A DNA stretch of 56,765 nt from Candidatus Doudnabacteria bacterium CG10_big_fil_rev_8_21_14_0_10_41_10 (GCA_002773695.1 PFAJ01000006.1:1-56765); one strand, 5' to 3'; numbered from the stretch's first letter, positions 30,577-41,317 are shown. The notes: generated by a model from the sequence alone, not told the origin. Program-made: numbers and translations.

Positions 30577-31311
30577 TTATCTAAGTTCTAGATAATTTTG
30601 TCTAAATTCCTCCGCTGAATCCGGTTTTAAAGTTTCCAACCGGGAAAGATAATTCTTGGCCTTCACAAAATCTTCTTGATCTATAAAAAAGTTGGTTAAA
30701 GCTGAATAATAACTGGCGGCGTTGGAAACGTCGGTTTCAATCGCCATAAGCATTGTCGGCTCAAACATGTCCTGCTTTTCTTTCAGATTAAACAGGTACA
30801 AATCCATAAGCCCTTGATAGGCCGGGGTATAATCGGGGCGCAAATCAAGCGCCATTAGATAGTAATTTTCGGCCTTTAGAAAATCCTTTAGAAAATACTG
30901 GTAGTTGGTAGCGATATTGTGAGCGGCGGCAAAGTTTAGCGGTTGCAATTCCAAAACCTTTTCCCAAGCCCTAATCGCTCCTTCGTGATCGTTTAAAAAT
31001 TCTTTTATGTTTCCAAATAACATCCACTGACTGGAATCTTCTGGGGTTTCAATAACAACATCTTTTTGCGCGTACAAACTATCAATTTTTGCCTGATAAG
31101 CCTCTTCCGGTAATCCTTCGGCAGGCGAAAACTTCGATTCGTCAATTTGTAAGATTTTTTTAACATCTCTCTCTTCAGAAGTTGGAAAAACTTTAATAAA
31201 TCCCTGGCTTTGGAAATACCATAGAATAACTAAAATAATTATAACTATTCCAACTGCAATGCCTATTTTTTTGGATGTGAACATATTGTTTTCTAAACTC
31301 TTAATTTCCAA
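30577..31311 (-). CDS. Membrane-anchored TPR protein
   Basis: N-terminal TM helix; A...W.K.LELQP and A..YY..AL.L.P TPR patterns; start may be 31284. Confidence 0.8.
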   Translation of the reverse strand: MEIKSLENNMFTSKKIGIAVGIVIIILVILWYFQSQGFIKVFPTSEERDVKKILQIDESKFSPAEGLPEEAYQAKIDSLYAQKDVVIETPEDSSQWMLFGNIKEFLNDHEGAIRAWEKVLELQPLNFAAAHNIATNYQYFLKDFLKAENYYLMALDLRPDYTPAYQGLMDLYLFNLKEKQDMFEPTMLMAIETDVSNAASYYSALTNFFIDQEDFVKAKNYLSRLETLKPDSAEEFRQNYLELR

Positions 31312-31325
31312 TGTTCATTTTTCAC

Positions 31326-31410
31326 TTCTCGACTCCTCCGCCTGCCTAGACGAACTGGTTCGCTCGAAGAATAAATTATTGTTCGGGCCTGCCGGCAGGC
31401 GAAGTCGAGA
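31326..31410. repeat. Palindromic element related to the MITE core (TTCTCGAC...TCGCTCGAA...GTCGAGA) with GCCTGCCGGCAGGC hairpin
   Basis: Shares motifs with 15501-15566 and the MITE copies. Confidence 0.65.
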
Positions 31411-31474
31411 GCTCAACGAAAACCGTGAACTGAAAACTTATTAAACGCCTAATTATTGTATCCAAAAATAGGGT

Positions 31475-31520
31475 AAAAAGCAACCCAGCCCTTTCCAAAG
31501 AAAGAGCTGGGTGCTTTTTC
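31475..31520 (-). terminator. Rho-independent terminator of the S-layer-like gene
   Basis: AAAAAGCAACCCAGC...GCTGGGTGCTTTTT hairpin with A and T tails. Confidence 0.75.
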
Positions 31521-31567
31521 TAGCTTTAGATCAGCTAGATTAGATTACGTAAATCGTGACTATACAA

Positions 31568-34500
31568 TTAGTCGCTAATTGTAATCGCGGTTGAAGTGGC
31601 AGCTCCACCCAAGCCAGCGACCAAGTAACCGTTGTACCACTGCTTGCTCGTTAGAGAAGCGGCGGCTTGACTCTCGTCAAGATTTAGGTCAGACCACACA
31701 AAGTTACCTTGGTTGTTGACTGTGTAAACAGCCGCTGGATCACCACCGGTATCGTTGGTTGTGGTCGCGGTGTCACCAAGCAAGCTGGTAGACACTGCGT
31801 CAGAGCTGGTTGTAAAGCCAGTCACAGTCATCATCAAATCGACTACAGCGGTGGAACCAGAACCTACTGGTAACCATCGTTTGCCGTGAGATTGACTGGA
31901 TGAGATCGCCAAGTTCCAGGTTTCTGTGCCGTCAACCAGGTAATCACCGTCAGCGTCCAAGTCAGACAACTGGCTGCCTGTGGTAATGCTTCCGCAACTG
32001 CCGGTACAAGACTGCAGTTTGGTGTAAGCATTAGTCAAGACTAGTCCAGATGTTGAGGCTGTGGCGTAAGCTAGACGGTAGACACCGATCTGGCCACCAA
32101 CCGCGGAAATCTTCGTGCGGTGCAAGGTAGCAGACGGGGTCAAGCTGGTTCCCGGGTTCTCGACAACGACTGAAGGTACAGCCTTGTGCAAGATAATCGC
32201 GGAACCAGTGGAGTCGGTGTAGGTAATGGTTGCGGCTGTGTTCGAGCCGGAGCCAGTGGCAGTCCAACCAGTGGTTGTATTGCCATAGGCGCCCAAACCT
32301 ACTTTGATGTCGGCATTGGCAGTACCAGGTTGGTTTGTGCCAATATCAACAATGTCTCCAATTACGCTTAACTTGATAGATGTAGCATCTCCGCCTTCAG
32401 GAACAGACAATGCTCCCTTAGTTAGGTTTATTGTTGTGATGGCGGCGCTTAGGTTGTAACCGGAAGCGTTACCAATAACTACACCGTCAACTTTCAAGAA
32501 CATTTTTTCAACTTGATCATATGCTCCTGCGGCAGTGCCGGTTAAAGCACCATCGACAACGTTAACGGTTAGTTTGGTAATATCTACATTTTCGTTATCA
32601 GCTTTCAATTTAACTTCAGACAAGACAACACCGCTGGTGCCGTGGACCACTAACCGTGACGCGGGGTTGTCACCGTGCACGTTAACGGTCAAGGTTCCGG
32701 CAGCGGCAATGGTCAGAAGAGCGCCGTCGGAAGCAGTCAAAGTGACTGTAGCGCGGTTTCCGGTATCAACTCCGTAAGCAACGACAGAAGCGTTAGTCGC
32801 GGAAGTTGTGTCGGTTAGACCAAAGGCCGATACTTCGCCCGCGTTGGAGTTAGAGCCAATGTCAGTGTACAAATTCAAAGATACCGAGGTCCCTTTGGTA
32901 ACAACCAAAGGAGAACTCAAGGCAAATGAAGAAGTGGCGGCAGCGCCAGAAGTTGGCGCGGCGTTAATTGGATCTAGCGCAACGCCATCGGCTTTCAAGG
33001 TAAGATTGTTCAACTTACCGGTTGAAGAAGCGCGAATGGCGATAGTGGTGATTCGAATGTCTTCACCAGAATCAGTGGCATCCAAAGTCCAAGCGCCGGA
33101 CAACACGCCGGTGTCATTGGTGACAACGGTCTTGTTGGTTGGCACGGAATCTTTGGTTACTGTCAAGATCGCGGCTTTTACCGTCTGAGTTGAAGCGGAA
33201 ATGCTTGAGCTCGGGGTTGGAGTAATTGTTTGACCAGTTACTTCACCTTTGGCGGTAATGGCTGAACTTGGAGTAAAGCTTACTGTAATGGTGTCGTTGG
33301 TTGCCCAACCACCGCTTGTCGGAACAGTACCGATAACTTGGTAGTGGGAGACTCCTACCGGAACGGTAAAGGAATCGGTTAACGCAACGGTCAAAGCAAG
33401 AGCGACATCTACCGGACCGGCAACAGTGGCGCCGTTAGCATCTACCAATCTGACTGATTCTAACCTCTGTCCATTTGTAGTGGAAGAAGCTGTGGTCAAA
33501 GTCAAAGCGGTGATTTCAACCGGCTCACCTTTTGCTTCGAATTCGAATGCGCCCAAGACTTGGTTATCACCAACGGTGATATTTTCAGCACCAACGGTGC
33601 TGGACCTCCCTACGCGCAAACTTCCGGTAGAAATTGTGAATTGGTTGTCAGACAATACTGGGTTGGAGTTTACGGCCGCGCTTTCCCCGGTATAAGTTGG
33701 GGTAATGTTGGCGCCATAGGTTTGACCAGTGACCAAAAGATCAGTGGTTCTCCAGATACCCAAGTCAATGGTTCGAGCGGAACCGTCAACAACATCGGAT
33801 TTTACCAAATATTGGCTGGTCTGACCTTTCTTGATCAACTCGGCTGGGAAAGCAAAGCTAACAAAACTATTGTTAACAGTCCCATCAGCCAAGAAGGTAC
33901 CATCTCGGTACAACTTAAGGTTTGCAAGATCAGAAGACAAAGACGCGCTACCCTGTTGGTAAACCTTCACTTGAGAGAAGGTTACGTCTTCCGCGGATCC
34001 TGCAGCTACCTGGAATGAGAAGAAGGTATAAGCGGTCTTTCCTACTTCAATAGAGGTAGAAGTGGCATTGGTATAAGAACCGCGAGATACGGTTGCTGTA
34101 CCAATTACGATAGAAGTGTTGATAGTCATTTTATTACCAACAACCGGGAAACTGCCGTTTACCGAACCGCCTTTTAGAGTGATTGAGTTTAGGGCTAACG
34201 TTGGCTCTTCACCGGCACCAGGAGATGTCGCCATATTTCCCGCTAACATAACCGATTTGGTTGTGCCGTTTGGAATGGTCAAGTCATCTGTGAAGTTGGC
34301 TGTGTGTGAAGAGTTGAGTGTCTTTCCAGAGTCATTGATAGCCGCGTTGGTTGAGAGATCGATAATATCGAGACTGGAGAAAGAAGAGTCCTGGGAAATC
34401 CCGGCTCTCTCTACTACCCAGTTGTCGATAACAACATCACCACCAGTGGCGGTAAGGTTGACTTTAGTAAACGGAACCCGAGCCGCAGACTTTATAGCAA

Positions 34501-35395
34501 TGCCTGAAGCCGGGGTGTCGGAAGCAAGTGACACGGTCAAAGTACCGGTAGAAGATACTGGTGGAGTACCAGGATCACCCGCGACACATAGATTGTCACC
34601 AGCAGTGTAACCAGAGGTAGTACCGTCAACGACGGCGACCCACTGATAACCTGAATCCAAGAAACAACTGGCTGAAGGAAAACCTTGCTTCATTGTTTCG
34701 GATGTAATTGCCCAGACTGTGCCGTTGTCGTTCACGACAGAGCCTACGCGATAACCCAAATTCGCGCCAGCAGCAAGTGCCATATCGGCCGCGTTTGCTG
34801 GAACGACTTTCGCAAAATCAAAACCCCAGGAGTTGAAAACTGCCATAGTGGCAATTCCGGACTTCCCTGTGATTGTAACTTTGTAAATAGTTCCATTGTC
34901 ATTTACCAAAGATCCGGCCGGGTGAGCAGCGGTAGCACTGTCGATGTTTTCTCCCTGGGGTACCCCCGAAAGATCACCGGTCAATGCCATGTCAAAGCTG
35001 TAACCCAAACCGAAAAATACAGAAGGGGTGGTGAATCCGCGTTTTTGACCTTCGGAAACCATAAAAATGGTTCCGTTGTCATTTACCAAACTTCCATCAG
35101 CAAACATAACGTTTGCTCCTTGCGGAAGCGCAAGGTCGGCGGAATTGGCTGGAACTACTTGGTTCCAGTCATATCCGTGAGAGAAAAAAGTGTTGGCAGT
35201 TGGGTATCCTAGTCGCTGTCCGTCCATGATTTTAAAAACCGTGGAACCGGAAAGAACCAAAGTACCGTTTGGATGTGCGTCTACGGCTTGCGCAGGCACA
35301 ACCAACAAAACGCCGAATGTCCACACCACTACAGAAATCGCTAACCCAAATGCAAGAACCTTGTGCAAGGTGCTTGCAGTGTAAGGTGTATTCAT
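31568..35395 (-). CDS. Large secreted S-layer-like cell-surface protein
   Basis: Signal peptide ending AQA; four ~57-aa N-terminal repeats (GSLVNDNGT...); Thr/Ser/Gly/Val-rich beta domains; codon use and GC differ from neighbours. Confidence 0.75.
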   Translation of the reverse strand: MNTPYTASTLHKVLAFGLAISVVVWTFGVLLVVPAQAVDAHPNGTLVLSGSTVFKIMDGQRLGYPTANTFFSHGYDWNQVVPANSADLALPQGANVMFADGSLVNDNGTIFMVSEGQKRGFTTPSVFFGLGYSFDMALTGDLSGVPQGENIDSATAAHPAGSLVNDNGTIYKVTITGKSGIATMAVFNSWGFDFAKVVPANAADMALAAGANLGYRVGSVVNDNGTVWAITSETMKQGFPSASCFLDSGYQWVAVVDGTTSGYTAGDNLCVAGDPGTPPVSSTGTLTVSLASDTPASGIAIKSAARVPFTKVNLTATGGDVVIDNWVVERAGISQDSSFSSLDIIDLSTNAAINDSGKTLNSSHTANFTDDLTIPNGTTKSVMLAGNMATSPGAGEEPTLALNSITLKGGSVNGSFPVVGNKMTINTSIVIGTATVSRGSYTNATSTSIEVGKTAYTFFSFQVAAGSAEDVTFSQVKVYQQGSASLSSDLANLKLYRDGTFLADGTVNNSFVSFAFPAELIKKGQTSQYLVKSDVVDGSARTIDLGIWRTTDLLVTGQTYGANITPTYTGESAAVNSNPVLSDNQFTISTGSLRVGRSSTVGAENITVGDNQVLGAFEFEAKGEPVEITALTLTTASSTTNGQRLESVRLVDANGATVAGPVDVALALTVALTDSFTVPVGVSHYQVIGTVPTSGGWATNDTITVSFTPSSAITAKGEVTGQTITPTPSSSISASTQTVKAAILTVTKDSVPTNKTVVTNDTGVLSGAWTLDATDSGEDIRITTIAIRASSTGKLNNLTLKADGVALDPINAAPTSGAAATSSFALSSPLVVTKGTSVSLNLYTDIGSNSNAGEVSAFGLTDTTSATNASVVAYGVDTGNRATVTLTASDGALLTIAAAGTLTVNVHGDNPASRLVVHGTSGVVLSEVKLKADNENVDITKLTVNVVDGALTGTAAGAYDQVEKMFLKVDGVVIGNASGYNLSAAITTINLTKGALSVPEGGDATSIKLSVIGDIVDIGTNQPGTANADIKVGLGAYGNTTTGWTATGSGSNTAATITYTDSTGSAIILHKAVPSVVVENPGTSLTPSATLHRTKISAVGGQIGVYRLAYATASTSGLVLTNAYTKLQSCTGSCGSITTGSQLSDLDADGDYLVDGTETWNLAISSSQSHGKRWLPVGSGSTAVVDLMMTVTGFTTSSDAVSTSLLGDTATTTNDTGGDPAAVYTVNNQGNFVWSDLNLDESQAAASLTSKQWYNGYLVAGLGGAATSTAITISD

Positions 35396-35742
35396 TGTTC
35401 TTTTAATATTCCTTTCTTTGATTCCCTATCTTCGCTTTTGGTAAAACGATTCATTGTTCAATTGATACAATTAATCCGTTTAACCATCAACTATTTTAAA
35501 GAATCGAAGTTTTATTTAATTGATTTTCTTTAATCTAGTTTTTCCACATTTTGAAAGCTTTCTTTAAACATGTCGACCGATTATTAATCCCGACTTAAAT
35601 CGGGAGAGATATTTAAGTGCTTCCAAAAATAATTACTTATTGAGGAAAGCACTAGTTAAAGACGAAATAATGGGCGTTTCTTGCAATGCTGGAACAACAG
35701 TTAAAAATAACAAGGTTCTTAAACATTTACAGATCAGGAACC

Positions 35743-35986
35743 TTAGAATTACGAACCTCCAATTTCATGTCGTTGCGAGGATCCTTGGCGAAAATCCTGG
35801 GAAGATGTCGTTAATATTCTTCGAGCGAGGCGCTAGCCGAGTCGAGAAAATCCGAACAATATAATTCTCGACTTCCTCCCTAGGCGGACAAGTCGCTCGA
35901 ACAATAATATTCAGATTACCACGCGCTTTGCCACAGGCTCCTAGCAATGACACTAACGGTTTGAGAAAAAAATTCCGTAATTCATA
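35743..35986. mobile_element. MITE copy A
   Basis: Degenerate GAATTACG...CGTAATTCATA ends; internal sequence collinear with copy B. Confidence 0.8.
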
Positions 35987-36369
35987 GTAGAACGGTATTT
36001 TGTATAAATGAACAGACGGAGGAGAATTCAGGCCGTTACATTGAGTTTTTTGGAGTTATCCACAGACTTATAAATAGTTTTCTGTAATATCTGTGAATAT
36101 CTGTTAAAAAAGCCAAAATATGAATTTTTTGGCTCTTATATATGAATAATTATAAAATTTTGGTTAATTTTGGTCAATCGAGTTATCCAGATAGATATAC
36201 ATATAATTTTTGGCTTAAATTACGTAAAAAAAACGATATTTTGTGTGATCTTTATATATATTGATCTGCATTTTGTTTTTATGTCGTAAACTAACGAAAA
36301 ATATCTTAATATGTATATTATACCAGATATTTAACAATTTTGCAACCAAATAACCAAAAATTCTACCTT

Positions 36370-37122
36370 TTACCTCAAAATAACCTCTATCTTCCTTCTT
36401 AAATTATCAGAAATTCCTGTACTTTGTATTGTTGGAGATTCAGAGGGGATACCTGTTATCCCGCCTCCTGGAGATCCGGTTACAGAACCATTAACTGTCT
36501 TTGGCCCCCCGGTCTCAAGGGGGTCTGGATCTAAAAATATCGCGTAACTTTTACCAGGATCCAACCCACCTAAAACACGAGTGGTCCCATCTACTGCCAC
36601 CAAAACTCCATCTATCGCCGGCGGGTCATCTGGCGCGTTTATATCGTACGCGGAAACTGAAAAATTCACCGTCGTGCCAGAAGTTGCCGTGACGCTTATG
36701 GAGTTATATCCCGCGGCGGAATTTGTCTCATCGAAAGGATCATATAGAAGGATCGCTTTAACCTCATCAGTGAAAGTATTAAAATATAAAGGATCATCAT
36801 ACAAATCATTACAGACATTATAAGTTGCTCCCGAAGGAAGCTCCCCAAAATCCGTGAAAGGACAAATCTGTTCATTCTGACTAAGACCGCGAATCCGATA
36901 AAACAATGTTATTTCAGCGCCAGCCTCCGCTGAACTATAAGCCGGCTCGGACAGCGCTAACTGTCTGGACAATCTAAGCTCTCTTAACACTAAAGATCCT
37001 AGACTAAAACTGATCAAAGAAATTGCGGACAAGACGATAATCGCAATCAATAAAGTAATCCCCTGATCATATGATCTGGTGATTTTTTTTATTTTTCTAA
37101 ATTGTAAATAATCAAATCTCAT
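36370..37122 (-). CDS. PilX-like minor pilin
   Basis: QG|ITLLIA leader, hydrophobic helix, A...AEAG.E motif, C-terminal RKIEV. Confidence 0.8.
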   Translation of the reverse strand: MRFDYLQFRKIKKITRSYDQGITLLIAIIVLSAISLISFSLGSLVLRELRLSRQLALSEPAYSSAEAGAEITLFYRIRGLSQNEQICPFTDFGELPSGATYNVCNDLYDDPLYFNTFTDEVKAILLYDPFDETNSAAGYNSISVTATSGTTVNFSVSAYDINAPDDPPAIDGVLVAVDGTTRVLGGLDPGKSYAIFLDPDPLETGGPKTVNGSVTGSPGGGITGIPSESPTIQSTGISDNLRRKIEVILR

Positions 37123-37138
37123 GATCTAAAAACAAAAC

Positions 37139-37747
37139 TTAATTTGAATATTGTCGCGATGAAACTGTCCCTTGTAATTTAATAGTTGTCTGATCAGTTG
37201 GACGAACATTTGTATTGGATGTTAAAGTCATTACAAAAGTCACCCTCGGTTGATCGTTTGGACAAGGGTCTGGACAAAACGGCAGACTAAGCGGATAAAT
37301 ATAAAAATCCACGTCTGAAACTATAATATCTGAATTTGATAATTCCGAACTGCCGACCCCCACCTTACTAAGCTGTAAAACCCCGTCGGAAAGACTAATC
37401 GTTATCATCTCCCCTGCTGAATTAATCAAATGTAATTCGTCTTCCGGTTGGGATATTCCGTACGCCACGTAAGATCCATAATCAATACTGCCGTTTCTCA
37501 CCTCCCTGGTTAAATATTCTGTAATAAATCTCGCGTTTTGTTCAACTACTCGAATAGCCCGACTCTTCTCGTTAATTCTTAGAACCGCCAAAAAAGAACC
37601 GATAATCGCGGTCATTGCCAAACTAAAAATCGCCACGGAAACTAATGATTCAACCAGGGTAAACCCTCTTTGTTTTCGTGAGGTTTCGCCAAATTTATTT
37701 GGCGTGAGGGTAAACCTTTTATTAATTTTTTTGCGCCAATTTTTCAT
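37139..37747 (-). CDS. Type IV minor pilin (PilW-like)
   Basis: G|FTLVE N-methylation motif; L.REVR. Confidence 0.88.
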   Translation of the reverse strand: MKNWRKKINKRFTLTPNKFGETSRKQRGFTLVESLVSVAIFSLAMTAIIGSFLAVLRINEKSRAIRVVEQNARFITEYLTREVRNGSIDYGSYVAYGISQPEDELHLINSAGEMITISLSDGVLQLSKVGVGSSELSNSDIIVSDVDFYIYPLSLPFCPDPCPNDQPRVTFVMTLTSNTNVRPTDQTTIKLQGTVSSRQYSN

Positions 37748-37792
37748 ATTTTTTATCTATATGCCTGCCAAATTTTTTGAGTAAAGCTAACT

Positions 37793-38431
37793 TTAATAAT
37801 TTCTCCAGTTGGTCAAGTACTCTTCAATAACAACCTTACAGCGAGTTTCTGGCGGGCTATCGGTTGCGGCACAATTCTTCCCTTTCCACCACACCGTAGA
37901 CTTAACCAGCAACCGAGTGGCAGACTCTCTGGTGATTACTACCAGTCGGGAATATTTCCAATTTCCATTATCAACATGATTATAAGAACCGTCAGACTGC
38001 AAATACAGTCGAACATTCTGTCCGCCGGTTGATGTTAGAATTTGCCAAGAATTTCCATATGTAGAAAACTGCAATATGTATTTTTTTCCGCTAGGATTAC
38101 CTGAAATATTATAAACTTGGCTATCCCAATCCGCGTAACACTCCTGTCCTACCCCTATATCTGATGAACAGTCGCTTAGGCCGTCTGCGTCCTCCGCCTC
38201 CAACCAATTGGTGTCACGCATATTTCTTACAACCTCAACCCCCTCCCTGGCCAGATTTGTAGCCACAATTTGATTCACTGTCACATCCGATGCCCCTAAA
38301 GCAAATATTGCCAATGATAAACCGCCAATAATCCCGGTGGTAAGCAAAAAAATCGCGACTAAGGTTTCAATCAAAGTCTGTCCGTTTTCTTTTCCAAATA
38401 ATTCTATTATATTTTTTTGTTTTCTATTCAT
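37793..38431 (-). CDS. Type IV minor pilin (PilV-like)
   Basis: G|QTLIE motif; A.NLAREG.E.VRN.RD.N; start set at MNRK. Confidence 0.85.
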   Translation of the reverse strand: MNRKQKNIIELFGKENGQTLIETLVAIFLLTTGIIGGLSLAIFALGASDVTVNQIVATNLAREGVEVVRNMRDTNWLEAEDADGLSDCSSDIGVGQECYADWDSQVYNISGNPSGKKYILQFSTYGNSWQILTSTGGQNVRLYLQSDGSYNHVDNGNWKYSRLVVITRESATRLLVKSTVWWKGKNCAATDSPPETRCKVVIEEYLTNWRNY

Positions 38432-38527
38432 TATCGTTGAGATTTTCCAAAGGTCTATGACTGAAACACTAGAATATAAAAGCAATTAATCTTTTTTATA
38501 CTTTTATGATTTAGTAAATTCAAATCT

Positions 38528-39100
38528 CTACCTCACCTCAATTTTTCCCGTTATTCCATCAACTTCCACTTGTTTTGTAATTATATTGCCACTTCCCGCA
38601 TCCAATCGCAAATCAAAAAGGACGCCAACATTTTCTGCCTGATTATAGCTTGTACCAACGCCGGTAATCTTTATCCTCCCGAAAGGAGGAAAAAATCTTA
38701 CTTCTATTTTGCTAGCTGAAACTCCTTCAACCGTAAGATTGGTGGCTGTTACACCAGAGGCAAAAGTTACTGTTTCAAGGTTGGTTCTATTTGGGGTTGG
38801 GCTGTTGTTGTCTTCAACAAAAGTAGTGTAAGACTGCCCGTTATTACTTATTTCAAATCCAAAATCCTGGGCCACCTCGGTGGCGCTATACTCCAATCCA
38901 AACAATATATTACCCTGCATCTGTCTAAGGGCGCTCTGAACACTATCAGCGGCAACATTTAATCGTTGGATCCTTTCTCCTCGATTAAAATTAACAATAA
39001 CCGCCGCGCTTAAAAGCACAAGTATGGTTACAACCACCGTTAGCTCAACTAAAGAATACCCACCCTGCCTCTTTTGTTTACTATTTGTTTTATATTTCAT
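38528..39100 (-). CDS. Type IV minor pilin (FimT/FimU-like)
   Basis: G|YSLVEL motif. Confidence 0.85.
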   Translation of the reverse strand: MKYKTNSKQKRQGGYSLVELTVVVTILVLLSAAVIVNFNRGERIQRLNVAADSVQSALRQMQGNILFGLEYSATEVAQDFGFEISNNGQSYTTFVEDNNSPTPNRTNLETVTFASGVTATNLTVEGVSASKIEVRFFPPFGRIKITGVGTSYNQAENVGVLFDLRLDAGSGNIITKQVEVDGITGKIEVR

Positions 39101-39117
39101 TGATTATTGTTCTATCC

Positions 39118-39366
39118 CTTGAATTACAAAACTCCGATTTCATGTCATTACAAGGATCCTTGGGTGTTGTTAATATCCTTCGAGCGAGGCGCTAGCCGAT
39201 TCGAGAAGTCGCAGATTTCGAGCCGAGTCGAGAAAATCCCACAACGCAGTCCTCGACTTCCTCCCTAGGCGGACAAGCCTCTCGAACAATAATATTTATC
39301 TTGCCCCCCAATCCAGTCCGGGGTGCAATGACACTAGGGGGTTTTCAAAAAGTTTCGTAATTCATA
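39118..39366. mobile_element. MITE copy B
   Basis: TGAATTACAAAACTC...AGTTTCGTAATTCATA; close reverse complement of copy D over its full length. Confidence 0.85.
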
Positions 39367-39384
39367 TTCTATCAACAGTTTAGC

Positions 39385-40170
39385 TTAAAAATAAGCTAAA
39401 TACCAATTTAAAATTTGTTCACCCCATAAAAACACCGCGACCGTTGAAGCGGTTAGAAAAGTGCCAAAAGGTAAAACACCTTTCATCGTTTTTTTCTTAA
39501 ATAACACCAATACAACCGCCACTACCGCTCCTCCGACATAAGCCATCCCCAACATTAAAACCGATAAAGAAAAACCAAGCATTAATCCCAAAAAAACTCC
39601 CAACTTTACATCTCCAAAACCAATCCACCGTCCTTGGGACACTAAAAATAAAATCCCAAAAAAACCAACCAAAACCAGCATACCGTACAAACCGCTTTTC
39701 AAAGATATTTCAGGAATAGTCAATCGATAAACCATGGCAAGGATTGTGCCCAAAATTATCGCGATATCAGGGATTAAGTAATATCGAAAGTCAAAAACAA
39801 AAATAATAATTAAGACCGAAACAAAAATCAAACCAAACCCTAATCCCAATAAATTTGAGGCTGATAAATCCAGGCTACCACCTAAAAATAAAATTTGACG
39901 CGCTAAAATAGTGAATATTGTCGCGGTTCCCAACTCAACTAAAGGATATTGCCAGGAAATTTTCTTTTTACAATAACGGCAACGACCACCTAACCAAAGA
40001 AAACTAAAAAGCGGCAGCAAATCCTTTGGAAACAAGCGATGAGAGCAACGCGGACAAGCGGAAAAACCCATCAGGGTCTTGTTTTTATACAGTCGATAAA
40101 TTACGGCATTTAAAAAACTGCCGACGATTAACCCAAAAATAAAAATGAGAATCGAAACCAAAAATTCCAT
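39385..40170 (-). CDS. pilD: Prepilin peptidase
   Basis: GSFLN..IYR, CPRC/CRYC, D...Y.IPD, GFGDVKL, PFG.FL. Confidence 0.95.
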   Translation of the reverse strand: MEFLVSILIFIFGLIVGSFLNAVIYRLYKNKTLMGFSACPRCSHRLFPKDLLPLFSFLWLGGRCRYCKKKISWQYPLVELGTATIFTILARQILFLGGSLDLSASNLLGLGFGLIFVSVLIIIFVFDFRYYLIPDIAIILGTILAMVYRLTIPEISLKSGLYGMLVLVGFFGILFLVSQGRWIGFGDVKLGVFLGLMLGFSLSVLMLGMAYVGGAVVAVVLVLFKKKTMKGVLPFGTFLTASTVAVFLWGEQILNWYLAYF

Positions 40171-40276
40171 AAACCCGTAAGTCCTATTTTAAAAAACAAT
40201 AAGTAGCATATCCGAAGTTTACGCTATAGCGCAAGCTTTACTGCTACTCATTAATTTCAAACTTTTTTAGTTCAGT

Positions 40277-40747
40277 TTATAAATCCGGCAATGGGGGTGT
40301 AACAGTACCATCTTGATTCATTGTGTATAACACTCCGGTTTTTTCAAGTGTAAAGCTTACGGTATAGTTGGGACGCAAATCAGTTTGCCCTGAACAACCG
40401 GTCATATTTGCCCCGGTTACTGAATAAACATAGTTGTAGGTAGGAGCCAATGGATCGACGGGAACTCGCAATACTTGTTCCGCGCCGCAACTTATAGTGG
40501 AAGCGGCCACAAATTGAGAGGCGGGAGGATACGCGTCCGCGAAACTAAAGTAAACATCCATTCCCAGTCGAATCTGGTTAATATCGGAAACTCTTTTTGT
40601 ATCACGGGCTTTAACCCTGGCATTGCTCAAACTGGTGGTAATAATCGAAGCCAAAAGACCAATTATGGCAATAACCACTAAAAGTTCGATCAAGGTAAAT
40701 CCAACAATGGTTTTTTTCTTATTCCCAATTCCCGATTCGTTCTTCAT
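40277..40747 (-). CDS. Type IV pilin
   Basis: G|FTLIELLVVIAIIG; AR.KARD.KR.SD. Confidence 0.92.
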   Translation of the reverse strand: MKNESGIGNKKKTIVGFTLIELLVVIAIIGLLASIITTSLSNARVKARDTKRVSDINQIRLGMDVYFSFADAYPPASQFVAASTISCGAEQVLRVPVDPLAPTYNYVYSVTGANMTGCSGQTDLRPNYTVSFTLEKTGVLYTMNQDGTVTPPLPDL

Positions 40748-40834
40748 ATTTCTATTGTTAATTTAAGCCCACAAGACTTCCCCCATAAGCAACTCTACTT
40801 AGGGGGAAGAGCTTTCAGACTTAAATGTTTTTTA

Positions 40835-41317
40835 CTACATACCGCCTTGTGTAGCAGTATGCACACCCGCTGTTAACCCGCCGGTTGCCGCGCCCAAACA
40901 AAAACTTATGCCATAAGTGCTGGCTGTTCCGGTGTACATATAAGTATTATTACCAGCCGGACTAGCCGTACATGTACCATCGTTAGGGTTAGGAGCAATC
41001 GGGGTACGAGACAAGATAATGCCGCCGGATGGAGATGCTTCAAAGTTGTTGCATCCATCGTCCAGCCCTTCGTTACCATCCAATGCTATGGCGGTTGCCG
41101 CGATTGGGTAACTACTGCAATCGTTAAAGTAAAGCTCCAACGCGGTTTGCAGTTGTCGGACATCTGCCACTCGTTTTGCGTCTCTGGATTTTGCTCGAGC
41201 GGAATTTAAAGACACTAAAACCACAGAAGCCAAAATACCGATGATGGCAATTACCACCAACAATTCGATAAGTGTAAACCCTTTTGATTTACTCCTTAAT
41301 TTTGATATAGTTTTCAC
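40835..41317 (-). CDS. Type IV pilin, probable major pilin
   Basis: G|FTLIELLVVIAIIG; GTG start with GAGGGGTG ribosome-binding site; hairpin downstream at 40773-40815. Confidence 0.92.
   Translation of the reverse strand: MKTISKLRSKSKGFTLIELLVVIAIIGILASVVLVSLNSARAKSRDAKRVADVRQLQTALELYFNDCSSYPIAATAIALDGNEGLDDGCNNFEASPSGGIILSRTPIAPNPNDGTCTASPAGNNTYMYTGTASTYGISFCLGAATGGLTAGVHTATQGGM

Noticed and set aside
32031..35384. Overlapping and antisense ORFs within the S-layer-like gene (and similar short ORFs elsewhere, including those inside MITEs)
   Set aside because: Shadows of codon bias in real genes or of repeats; no motifs or start signals
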